Assembly: GCF_018977255.1 (NCBI RefSeq)
Contig: NW_024704742.1
Span: forward strand, 38,380,001 to 38,444,000
DNA: 64,000 bases
From: Callorhinchus milii
Taxonomy: Eukaryota
Direction of reading: 5' to 3'
This document shows positions 27,431 to 47,278 of this stretch, piece after piece. The translations under genes were made by a program, and so were the position numbers. The notes beneath the pieces are model-generated. The model searched no databases. It had not been told where the DNA came from and was given only the letters and a program-made list of their open reading frames with translations. How positions within the stretch are numbered: the first letter of the stretch is position 1; each line of letters starts with the position of its first letter.

Positions 27431-29729
27431 ACAGGGTTTCTAATTCTGTATTCCATCCCCACATACTTATTTTGTAATGTGTATAAATAGCCTGATTACC
27501 TTTAACTATCCATTAACACAGTACCGGCCAAACTACGGCCCATGAGACAGTTCTGGCCCGTGGGAATAAATCAAGAAATATTCAATAAAGAAACTTGGCC
27601 ACCACTGCAGCACTAAAAGGTTTCTGTAAAATCGCTTCCCTTTTGTCTGCCAAAGATTATTGTCCCTCCCCTTTTCCCCCACCCAAGTGTTTTTTTAAGA
27701 AATTGGGAGATACATTGATTTGATAGAAACTTGTTACTTAATTTTAACTTGTATGTTTTTGGAGCTCATCTCAATATATTATCTGTATGCTATTCATAGG
27801 GGTGCAGCTAAAAAACTTCCTTGATAAGCATAAAACTATTTTAAATTCTTATGACTAAAACGGAATACAAGTGTGTGTTAATGGTGCTCAACACTGGTAC
27901 AAATGTTATCCATTAGACTAGCACTTAATTCCCCCCCATACACACAAACACTTTACATTTTATTTCTGGTATTTAATTCTTGCAATTGTATTTTATTTTC
28001 TGTCTACTTATCAAGGCAAGATGATTTCCTAAGTAATCTCATTAATCTGTGCCAATTTTTATACACTGAATAGCTAAATTTATAATAAATTGTATCATTG
28101 GTCACTTGTCTTTACTGTTTGTTGCCTTAATTTTAACAGTGATCATTTAAGAGGGTATTTTCTTTTGATTATAATTTCACCATTAAACCTAGTGTGTTCT
28201 ATTATTTTATTGTAGAAGTTTGTGAGCTGTAAATCACAGTAATTTACATCTTGGTGAATCGTGAAACAAACCTTGAAGGTATAATTAAGAAAGAATCCTC
28301 CCTCATGTTGCAAATAGATTCATGTTTTCAAGCTAGGTATTTTCACTATGAAACACAGCTTTTTAAAGAAAAACACAAATGCTTTATGGAAGGTATCAAT
28401 CTACTACCAACAACAACAACTTGCATTTATATAGTGTCCTTCACGCCAAACAGAGTCTCAGAGCGCTTCTGGGATGGATTGGTAGATAAGTGTATGCTGG
28501 TGTGGTTCTGAGTCGTGCAGATAACAATTGCTTCATTTTGATCCTTTCTCCACTGAGTTAGACAATCTCAGCGGTGGGCCAGCTTTCATATATCAAGCTA
28601 AGAATGAGAAAAATTGGCCAGGGTTCTTTTTTCTTTAATTACTATTAAAGTGTGCGGGTGGCAGATGTGGACAGGGGCACAGGGATGATGTGCTTCCAAC
28701 AATACTTAGAATTCATTGGGAAACCATTGCAGTAGACAGTATAAATTGGCTCAGGGGGCAACTACTGTATTTCTGGAGAGATAGGACTGCAAAGAAATGA
28801 GAAATTAAATTTGTGGCATTAAGTTGAAAAGACAATTTCTAAGTTTGTAGTTGACACAAAAATAGGCAGTAGCTAACTAACATGGGACTAAGTTCAGCGG
28901 AACAAACAAAGATTAAGTGATCAGGCAGAGAATTGGCAGATGAAAATTATTGCAGACAACTGTATGGTTATATATTTTGGGAGGATGAATAAGGAAAGCG
29001 AATATATGTTGGGTGAAAAAATGTTAAAAGGAGTGGAGGAGCAGAGGCTTCCAGGAGTTAACATACAGAAATTCTACAAGGTGTAAAGGCAGGTGGACAA
29101 TATGTACAGAATATATTGTAAAGTGGATTGACTTGAGTATTTTATGGGTGAAATGCGGCACCCAATTGCTCACAAACAGCCATGGAGTGAGTGACCATTT
29201 TTTTTTTAAATTTGGGAGATTGTTGGCCAGGACACAAGGAGAAATTTTTCTTTTCGAATAGTGCCAGGGATTATTTTTGTAGAGGGATTATTACACAAGT
29301 AAATTCCAGGGGTATAGGGTTAGAGCAGCGCAGAAAGCCATTCAGCCCATGTTTGTGCTGGCTCTTTTAAGAGCAATCCTTAAAAGCGCTTCTGGGATGG
29401 ATTGGTAGATAAGTGTATGCTGGTGTGGTTCTGCGTTGTAAATTTCTATGGGACGTTTTTATTTGGCTTAATAGCCCTTCATTGAATTTGTATGTGCAGA
29501 CTCAATTATTAAGATTGGGGACTTGGCTGAAGTACCAGATAGCCACAGTCATTCTTTTATCCTTCAGCCAGAGTTCCTGCCTCTGATAATGATGGTGTCT
29601 TCTTGTTGGAAAGAAGTATTGGGTGCGGACAGGATTATCTCATCTATGATGCCTTGAGCAGCAGTGTGTCTAAGGAAGGAAAAAGCCACTAAATCTGACC
29701 AAGAGATTGTTATTAAGAGATTGTATATC

Positions 29730-30132
29730 AGCCTGGTTCAGTTGGTAGCACTCTAGGCAGAAGGTATACATTCAAGCCCCACGTCAGGACTTGGAACTTG
29801 TGGTCTAGGCTAACCCTCCAATGCAGTGCTGGGATATGCTGGTGTTGGAGATCCCATCCTTCAGATGAAATGTTAAATCGAGGCTCCATCTGCCTTCTCT
29901 TGCCCATGACACTATTCAAAAAGAGAAGGCAGTTTCTTCCGGTGTACTAACTGACAAGTCCCCAAATAAAATTAGTTATTCACCTTGTTGATGTTTGTGA
30001 GACATTGTTTTGCCAAATTGGCTATTGTGTTTGTCCACAAAACACAGTCACTGCATTTAACAGTATATCCTGCGAAGACTTTGGGTTGTCCTGATGTGAA
30101 AGATGCTATACCAAATGTGAGGGTGATTATTA
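29730..30132 (+). mobile_element. Old Deu-domain SINE (SacSINE1/AmnSINE-like); similar copy at ~61500-61915
   Basis: tRNA-like head, Deu-core-like CAGATGAAATGTTAAATCGAGG / GGATGAGATGTTAA...AAAGATCCCATGGCACT. Confidence 0.55.
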
Positions 30133-31486
30133 TGTTCGATATGGAGAAATAACAAACGGTCGGTCATTGAACCCACCAGGATTTTCAATTTTCTCCTTGC
30201 CTTCAATGTCTGTACCTCATAGTCATGAGGGACATGAATACTACCCAACACTAATAGAAACTAGGCTTGCATGACTCTGCCTGAGATCAAACCTGGGATC
30301 TAACAATAACCTGTCCTTGGACTCGCACATTAGATCACAAGAAAGGTTCAGGTGAAGGCGGTCGTTTAGTCCATTTGATCCCATCCCTCCAGGATACTAA
30401 CCCCACAATCTTCCTATGAGCAGATGATGGGGCCTTCGTTTTCAGCTGTTGCAGTTTTTCTGAGGTTTGGAGCATTGAGAATCAAAGGGGAGATTACACA
30501 TTAATGGGCACAGCTTGTAGCCCCACAGCAACAGCTAACCAGTTTGCAGTTGCATCCTCTATGCTAGTAATCGTGAAGGAAATGTATCTCGAAGATACCC
30601 TCTCTGAGTGACTTTGTAAGATCAGAGGTTTGTCTTTGTGTTAGGATAATAGGTTGGTAATGGAACGCTGCCCTTCTCTTAATCTACAATGGACAGCACC
30701 AACTATGAATACATTGGGTGACTATCATAGAGTACACATGTGGATAGAGAACAATGTCAATTGCATTTCTTTGCTATTCGCTACAATATTGTAATTTTAT
30801 GGTTGTTTTCCTTATTTGACTGTTTAATTATGATTTTGAACAACACAACTTACATTTATATTGTTGCTTTCACATAGGAGGACATTCCAATCTCTCAATC
30901 CCTCCTCCTTGCCCCTCTTTGCCCATCATTAGCTCTTGCCTGAAGACTTTCTTCTTAAACCATGCCTACAGTTACCTCCCTTCTCTGTCCAGCACAGCGG
31001 TCAACTATGCCATTGTCAAGGGGCCTCAGATACTACTCTGAGTCAAACACACTTTATAAATGCACATTGTTCCTGCTGAATGTGTACTCTCGCCCTGAAG
31101 GGATATACCTGCTTATCTAATTCCGGAGTTTCAGGTACAGATTGTCAAAAGCCAAGACTTGTGGACCGAATGTAAGTTGGGATATTAACCAGCTAAAACC
31201 GCACAGCTTGCCATTGAAAGCATTGCCTGGTAAGCTTTACCGCTGCTTGTCCAGCTAGGCCCATTCTATCTGTTAGACTTTGGCTTGCAGATTTAATAGA
31301 AGCTGTGTGGGAAGAAACCCTGCCCCTCCAAGTCCAACTAATGAGCCAGGCTGCCATCAGCCCTGCTCTGGACTACTGTGGACCTGCCTGGCTCAGGAAC
31401 CAGACTACCGAGAGTACCACAGAGTATTGACTTGATTCTAATATTCCGTTGCCAAACAGGTCACCTTGGAGCCAGTTCAGTCCCAT

Positions 31487-31850
31487 GGAGTCCTGTAGCT
31501 CAGTGGTTAGAGCACTCGCCTTGCAAGAGAGAGACCTGGGTTCAATTCTCAGCAGGGTGAAACATGGGCAAAATTTCTTACTCCACATGCCTGTGTTTAC
31601 CTAGCAGTAAGTAGGAACCCGGTTGTTAGTTGATTGGCGAATCGCTTTTCTGGGGGTAATAATTCCTTAAAAAAAATATTGGTCACTCATTCCATGACTG
31701 TTTGTGGGTTACTGCTGTGCACAATTGGCTGCCGTGTTTCACCTTCAAAAATATAGTCAATTCACTCTACAGTATATTCTGTGAAGCACTTTGAGACATC
31801 TTGAAGACGTGATAAGGCGCTATATCAAAAGCAAGGATTATTATTATTAT
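31487..31850 (+). mobile_element. tRNA-derived SINE, full length
   Basis: GGAGTCCTGTAGCTCAGTGGTTAGAGCA...GGTTCAATTC head; (ATT)n tail. Confidence 0.9.
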
Positions 31851-33479
31851 CTCTCTTCCTCAGTCTTACGGCATGAAACTGAAAGGTACTATATTAAATG
31901 TAAGGATTATTTATAAGCAATTCCAGAATTCTGAGTTGTCTTAAGTTGACCAAAAAAAAATCCCAAAGACTCATGAACCTGTTTACTTCATAAAAGCTGA
32001 CTACATGACTCAAATGCATGAAGGCCAAGGACAATGGAAAACGAGTGAAAGCGTGTTTACAGACAAAGTTTCAGCATCATTGCTGATAAGGTTCTCTCCA
32101 TGGGTAGATTGCTTGTGGTCAGCTACACAATGGACGTTAAATCTGTGATACTCAGACTTGTTTGAAACAAACTTGTAATTTTGATAAAGGCGAGGGGATG
32201 TTGACAACTATAGATATCAGTGATGGGAGGAAACTGTCTGTCTCAAAAGATGTTTTTAGTGGAACTGAATCTGGATGTCTTCACTACAACAACAACAAAA
32301 TTACATTTGTACAGCGCCTTTCACGTTGGGAAGATGTCCCAAGGCACTGGACAGTCAGTGATTTGGACGCGAGCTAGGGGTTGGGATTGGGGAGGGTGGA
32401 GGGCAAGGGGGGAAGGAGGGTGATCAAAGGGTCGATGTGTACATTTTTAAAGAGAAGAAAGGAATTTGGGAATGGACTAGCTTCCCGTAACAAACATCAT
32501 AAAGAAGACAAAGATTGAGACAACCATTTAGCTCATAAAATATAGTCAATTCACTTTACAGTATATTCTGTGAAGCGCTTTGAGACGTCTAGAAGATGTG
32601 AAAAGCACTACATTTAATGCAAGGATTATTATTATTATCGACGCTCACAAAGAAGCAATACCGGTTCCAGTCGAAATACTCAATGAAGGAGAAGAACTGA
32701 GTGGAAGAGCTGAGTTGTGGAAATGGAGCAGCTAACCTCAAAACCAATCTCGAGGAAAGAGGGATATTTTAGAATTAACGTGGATGGACGCGTCGATTCC
32801 TCCATCAAAGCTACTAATGATTCAAGCAACTCATGGCAGGAAGTTCACTAACTCATCGTAAGCATTAATTTGATTTGGTGAAACATATAACTGTGATATG
32901 CATTTCTTTACTAATCTTTTATTACATTTTACTACTTAAAAGGAAATTTGTGTCAGTTCAGGGTTGCGAATTTAAACGAACCCTACATTATTAATGTAAA
33001 ACTGCAACCTTTCATTACTTTGGCTGTCTTGTGAAACTAGTTTTTTCACTGGAACAAAAAAAAACTCTGTGGTGTACGCTTGCTTTTCAGTTTGGAAAAA
33101 AAAAGGTTGCAAGGCTTTCTTTTGAGTTGTTTTAAAAAATAAACTTTGCAAGGCCTAACATTTTGGCGAGAATATTGTTAAACCGTGAAAGTTGGGCAGC
33201 TTTAAGCGCACCAGTGAAGGATCTGCACTGCCACTAGGGTTGCCAACAAGGGTGGCCAGAAATTAAAATACTGTACGTTTTTAGGCCAAATTCAACCAAA
33301 TTCTAGCCCAAAAGTAGCCTAACATTATGTGTTGGTTCCTTTGGGAGTGACCAACTTAGGTTAGTGCATCTGAAACTCTGTAAGGTAAGGCTTCTCAAAG
33401 GGGAAACATCTCAAATTAAAAATCATCTTTATTTAAATAAAAGCTGGTTTTTCCCCCCCCAGCCCCAGAATTTGCAACG

Positions 33480-41404
<7,925 letters not shown>

Positions 41405-41470
41405 AGTGAAAAATGTTATACTAGAGAACTGTTGGAAATCTCACAATTTGGGACTTCCTGAAAGCAAACA

Positions 41471-41488
41471 AATAAACTTACAAATAAA
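41471..41488 (+). terminator. Tandem polyadenylation signals of the RACK1-like gene
   Basis: AATAAA at 41471 and 41483, ~70-80 nt after the stop, followed by a T-rich downstream region. Confidence 0.7.
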
Positions 41489-41571
41489 AGATTGGTTAGA
41501 TTTAATTCTATGACTCTTTATTGGGGAGGAAATTCTTATCAGTGTTTCTTTTTGATGCATTACATTCATCT

Positions 41572-41826
41572 GGACTCTTGTAGCTCAGTGGTTAGAGCAC
41601 TCGCCTCAAGCGAGATACCTGGGTTTGATTCCTGGCTGGATGAAAAGTTTGGCAAATTTCCTTACTCCACATGCCTCTGTTTACCTAGCAGTAAGTAGGA
41701 ACCCAGTTATCAGTTAATTGGAGGATTGCGTTTTCGGGGGTAATAATCCCTTCCAAAAAATAATTTGGTCACTGTGGGACTCTTGTGTGCAATTGACTGC
41801 CGCATTTTGTCCACAAAATATACATT
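41572..41826 (+). mobile_element. 3'-truncated tRNA-SINE
   Basis: Same head and body as the 31487 copy; ends at the L2 junction. Confidence 0.8.
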
Positions 41827-44117
41827 CGGGGGGGAAGCACGGTCGAAGAGAAGGGTCTTGGGACGGGGCTTGAAGGTGACGAGTGGCAGAAGGCCTGCCC
41901 GCCAATAGTGGGGTGGGCAAGGCAGGGGACATGAAGCAGGCCGGAGTCCGCTGAGTGGGGGGAGCGAATAGGATGGTAGTGGTTTAGGAGGTCGGAGAGG
42001 TAGCGGGGAGGAAGACCATGGAGGGCTTTGAAGGCGAGGACCAGGATCTTGAATTCTATCCTCTTGTGTGATGGGAAGCCAGTGGATTCAGGCAAGGATG
42101 GGAGTGATAGAGTCGCGGAGCCTGGTGCGGGAGAGGACACGGGCTGCAGAGTTCTGGATGATCTGCAGCCTATGGAGGGAGGAGTTGGGGAGGCCGACAA
42201 AGCAGTGAGTTTGCATAGTCGAATCTTGGATGTAATGAAAGCTTGTGTGAGGGTTTTGGTGGCCTGTGGTGTGAGACAGTGTCGGAGCCGGGTGACGCTG
42301 CGGAGGTGGGGGAAGGCAGAGCGGGTATTGGCGCAGATGTTTGGTAGAAAGGATTGTTGAGGGTCAAACAAGATTCAAGGTTCCAGACTTCCTTAGTAAG
42401 GTGGAGTGTGAAACCATGGATGGTGATGCTGTCAGTGCCTGAGGTGAGGAGGCACTGAGGGGAGCTTCGGTCTTGTTGACGTTCAACTGAAGAAAGTTAG
42501 CTCTCATCCAGGACTCGATGTCTGACAGACATATTGTTCAGGACAGCAGTGGTCCTGGAGTCAAGGGTGTAGGCAGAGAGGTACAGTTGAGTGTCATCCG
42601 AATACATGTGGAAGTTGACCGCATATTTGCGATTGTTGTCACCAAGAGGGAGCATATAGATATTGAAGAGGAGGGGACCAAGGACAGAGCCCTGAGGAAC
42701 GCCACACAAGATCGTGCGGGGGCTAAAGGAAAAGGAGAAACTGTTTATGGAAGTGAAGGCAGTGTGAGAGGTACGATCTGAACCAATCGAGCACAGCGCC
42801 GTTGAGGTGAGAGGACACGCAGCGGATGAGGATACAGTGGTCAAAGGTGTTGAAAGCAACAGAGAGGTCAAGGAGGCAGAGGGAGCCCTGGTCACAGATG
42901 GACAGAATGTCATTTGTCACTTTGACCAGGGCTGTTTCTGTGCTGTGGGCGGCACAGAAAACCAATTGGAGGGGTTCAAGAAGAGAGTGGTGGGAGAGGA
43001 AGGAGCGAAGCTGAGAAGCAACAACTCATTCCAGCACTTTGGAGAGGAAAGGGAGGTTGGAGATGGGGCGGTGGTTAGGGAGTAGAGATGGATGCAGGGA
43101 GGGTTTTTAAGGAAAGGAGTGATGACGGCGGTTTTTAATGGGGTGGGAACAGTACCAGTACTTGCTCAAGGGAGCAAGTGGTAGATTTCATACGGGTTAT
43201 GGTGGTGATGAGAGAGGAGGGGGAGACAGGTTCAAAGTGTAGAGGGAGGGATAGGTAGAGGTTGGGGTGGGACAAGGAGATGGGGAGGGGATAGCAGAGG
43301 CAGCTGAGCGGATTCCCTAAAATTTGGATTTGAGGGAGTCCTTCATTGTCTCGTAGTTGGCATTTGAGATGAGGATGGGCGAGGCGTGAGAGGGTGGGCG
43401 GAGGAGCCGGTTGGTGATGGAGACGTGGAGCGTGGGGTTGTCCTTAGCCTCCAAGATTGTCTTGGAGTAGAACAACAATTTAGTGCAGGTGAGGACGGAG
43501 CGGTAAGATTTGATATGGTCCAGACAGATCTGCCGATGGTCAGTTAGGTTTGATTTAAACCAGGAGCACTCAGCGGCACACACCTGAGCTTTAAGGGAGT
43601 GGAGGTGGCTGGTGTACCATGGTGATTTATGTGAATAGGAGACGGTTTGAGAGTGGAGGAGAGGGAGCTGTGGAGAAGAGTGTCCGAGGAGGGTTAGGTC
43701 ATTGTGGGAGGAAGCCCAGAAGGCAAGGAGTTCAATGATTCCCAAGTAGGCGAAAAGGAGAGGGAGATTTTTTTTTCCAGAGGCGGTAGGAGATGGAGGT
43801 GGGTTGGGTGGCGGTGGGGGGAGGGATTGAGGAGTTAAGTGAGATGAAGTGATGGTCCTAGATCACTTTGTTGATAATGTTGAGGTCTATGACAGTGAGG
43901 CCCCGAGTGATCACCAGGTCGAGGGAGTGATGGCGGACGTAGGTGGCAGAGTAGATGTGGAGGGAGAGATTGAGGAAGGAGATAAGGGAGGAAAAATCAT
44001 CAGAGGTAGAGCAGGAGGGGGTGAAGTGAAGGTTGAAATCATTAAGGATGAGGAGGCATTCAGAGCAGAAAGAGAGGTAAGATATATAGGTGGAGATGAA
44101 ATTCGGGGATGAAGGTG
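41827..44117 (-). mobile_element. Degenerate L2 LINE ORF2 fragment
   Basis: [37 protein letters not shown]...YSDDTQLY; colinear with the 930-4068 copy. Confidence 0.9.
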
Positions 44118-44355
44118 GGCAGCCAATTGTGCACAGCAATGTCCATGAACAGTGGTGGATTGAAGTGACCAATTATTATTTTTCTTGAGGGAATTATTAT
44201 CCGTGAAAAAGTGATCTGCCAATTGACTAATAACCAGGTTCCTGATTACTTCTCGGGAAACAGGCGTGTGGAGTAACGTTTTGCCATGCCTGGGAATCGA
44301 ACCCAGGTCTTTCGCTTGCGAGGCAAGTGCTCTAACCACTGAGCTGCATGACTCC
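44118..44355 (-). mobile_element. 3'-truncated tRNA-SINE
   Basis: Reverse-complement SINE head. Confidence 0.8.
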
Positions 44356-45132
44356 TCCATAATAACATGTTACCATATGTTAACAACAACAACTTGCATT
44401 TATACAGAGTCCCTCTCACAGGATCTTGTTTCAGTGTTAGAAGGTCATCGGAACTGAAACTGGGGAAGAAGAGCCCCTAAATGTAGGATAGAAGGTGGGA
44501 AATAGGACAAGGTGAAAAAGAAAACAACATACGCAAAGAGGCAACTGCTAAACAATGTGCTCTTGCACTGCATTATTCACACAGTAACATTTCTCAAAGC
44601 TCTTTTACAGATGAGATGAGAATGAGTGGGCTAGGAAGAAGATAACTAAGGCACAGTCAAAGAGGAAGGGTTTTGAAAGTGGAGAGTAGATGCACGACCA
44701 GGCACAAGGATTTAGGAAGAGAGTTCCAAAGAGCAGGGTGGATGAGGGCTTGTTCACAGATGGGGTTATGAAGCAGGTCACAGTTGGCAGAGAGAATGGA
44801 ATAGGCTGTAGCCATAAAACAATAGTTTATCTGCACTGTGGAATCCCCAAAAATAATAATACTAATGAATCCTCGCATTTGATATAGCATCTTATCACAT
44901 CATTGAGCTGTCTCAGAGGATTTACTATAAAATGTAGTGACTGTATTTGTAGGTCAATGCAACAGCCAATTTGCAAACATCAATGTCCAACAAACTGCCA
45001 TGAAGTGAATGACCAATTTTATCAGGGCGAGTGTGCCTGGACACCAGGAGAAACTCCCTTTTATTTTCATAATAGTGCCATGGATTCTTTAATGTCTACC
45101 TGAACAGGGCAAGCAGGACCTTGATTTAATAC

Positions 45133-45795
45133 AATCAAAATGACATTTGTAAAGCGCCTTTCACATTGGGAAGACGTTCCAAGGCACGGGACAGTCAGGA
45201 ATTTGGACCCGAGCAGGGGGTTGGGATCAGGGAGGGTGGAGGGCAGGGTGGGTAGGAGGGTGGCTGAAGGCGGGGTCGAAGAGGATGGTCTCATGGCTTG
45301 AAGGAGGTAAGGGAGGGAGCAAGGCAAAGGGACTGTGGGATGGAGTTCCAAACCCACAGCCACCCTAGCCTGGCTCCACTGGCTCCTCATCCCTCAGAGA
45401 ATCGAGTTCAAAATCCTCATCCTCACCTTCAAGGACCTCCACCACCTTGTCCCCTCTTGCCTTATCAACCTGTTATGAACCTGTCCGCTCCCTCTGCTCA
45501 GCCTGCTCCATGTCCCCAGCCGCGCCTGTCCAACCATCCGCAGTTGGGCCTTCAGCTTCTCTGCCCCCACCCTCAGGAACTCCATCTCACAACCCCTTCG
45601 CTCCCTCCCTTGCCTCCTTCAAGGCATTCAAGACTCTTTGACCGTGCCCTCGGCCACCCTCCTACCCTCCACTCTCCCCGATTTCAAACACCTTCCCGCC
45701 CCCCCCACCACCACTCGGGTCCTAATCCCTGACTGTTCAGCCCCTTGGGATGTCCTCCCGATGTGAAAGGCGCTTTACAGATGTAATTTTGTATT
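45133..45795. mobile_element. Two divergently oriented L2 3' fragments (- then +)
   Basis: L2 tails point outward at ~45140 and ~45790. Confidence 0.7.
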
Positions 45796-45808
45796 GTATA
45801 TGTCTATA

Positions 45809-46185
45809 GGAATCCCGTAGTGCAGTGGTTAACGCGCTCACATCGCAAGTGAGAAAACCCAGATCAGATTCCCAGGCGGGGAGGAACCTTAGGCGAGTTT
45901 CCCTACTCCGCTCCGCGCGCCTCGGTTTACTTAGCAGTAACTAGGAACTAGTTACTAGTAACAAGGAACCCGGTTGTTCGTCGATTGTTGGGGGGTAATA
46001 ATTCCTCCAAATAAATGCGGTTCCTCAGCCCGTGGCTGTTTGCGGGACACCGCTGTGCGCAATCGACTGCGCGTTTTATTGCGTCGCGGCCACAAAATAC
46101 GGAGTCTCAACCACTTTACAATCTCTTCTGTGAAGCGCTTTGAGACGCCTCTCAACAGTTTGAATCGCTACAGCAAATGCAAATG
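45809..46185 (+). mobile_element. CpG-rich tRNA-SINE copy abutting the SEC31A promoter
   Basis: Colinear with the other SINE copies. Confidence 0.75.
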
Positions 46186-46299
46186 CACCAAATGCCAGAA
46201 TTACTACGGCATTGTCTCCACATACATCAGAGTACATATCTACATATATATATATATGTGTGTGTGTACATAGCTCTCTCTCCGAGTCTCTCTCTCTCT

Positions 46300-46750
46300 C
46301 TCTCTGACGACTCTCGGAAGCGGAAGTTGCCGGTGTCCAATCTGCAGCAGTTGCCACGTTGGTGGAGACGTGGACTCGGGACCCGCAGAGCGGCCGCGAC
46401 AGCAGCTCAGACACTCCGGGGAGAGGAGGAGGTGAGGCCGGGGGTGGGGGCCCGGGGGGGGGAGGCCGGGGGTGGGGGGGGTCCGGGGGGCCCGGGGGGG
46501 GGGCGGGGGGTGGGGGGGGGGGGAGGGACCTTTGCTCCAGGCGGCGTCGGTGTAAGTTGCCCTCACAGCCCGAGCCCGGGGTGGGGGGCCCGGGGTGGGG
46601 GGGGGGAGCCCGGGGTGGGGGAGGGGGGGTCGGGGGGGCCCGGGGCCGGGGGGGGGGAGCCCGGGTGGGGGAGGGGGGGGTCGGGGTGACGCGGATGCGG
46701 CGCTGGTGAGAGGCCCGTGTGAGGGGAGGAGAGGCCGCGGTTGTGGCTCA
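46300..46750 (+). promoter_or_regulatory. SEC31A: CpG-island promoter and non-coding first exon of SEC31A (exon ends 46431)
   Basis: Tandem ETS/GABP sites CGGAAGCGGAAGT 46315-46327, CpG-rich leader, donor GAG|gtgagg, G-run-rich intron start. Confidence 0.7.
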
Positions 46751-46752
46751 GG

Positions 46753-47278
46753 CCCTGTGCTGGCCTGGGCTGTGCTGCCCTGGGCTGTGCTGCCTGGCCT
46801 GCCCTGTGCTGGCCTGGGCTGACCTGGGCTGTGCTGGGCTTGCCTGGGCTTGGCTGGCCTGGGCTGGGCTGGCCTGGCCTGGGCTGTGCTGGCCTGGCCT
46901 GTGCTGGGCTGGGCTGGGCTGCGCTGGCCTGGGCTGTGCTGGCCTGGCCTGGGCTGGCCTGGCCTGGCCTGGGCTGGGCTGGGCTGTGCTGGCCTGGGCT
47001 GTGCTGGGCTGGCCTGGGCTGGCCTGGCCTGGGCTGTGCTGGCCTGGCCTGGGCTGTGCTGGGCTGGGCTGTGCTGATCTGGGCTGTGCTGGCCTGGACT
47101 GTGCTGGCCTGGGCTGTGCTGGCCTGGACTGTGCTGGCCTGGACTGTGCTGGCCTGGGCTGTGCTGGCCTGGGCTGGCCTGGCCTGGGCTGTGCTGGCCT
47201 GGCCTGGGCTGTGCTGGGCTGGGCTGTGCTGGCCTGGGCTGGGCTGGGCTGTGCTGACCTGGGCTGTGCTGTGCTGTG
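46753..47278 (+). repeat. Pentamer mosaic tandem repeat (GGCCT/GGGCT/GTGCT)n
   Basis: About 100 pentamer units visible directly. Confidence 0.95.

Noticed and set aside
31487..31560. tRNA-like sequences (also 36145-36216, 38745-38817 and others)
   Set aside because: Heads of SINEs continuing into SINE body and tail; no proper acceptor stem or terminator
33236..33330. TAGGGTTGCCAAC hAT-like TIR upstream of the RACK1-like promoter
   Set aside because: No matching second TIR or TSD found; too fragmentary
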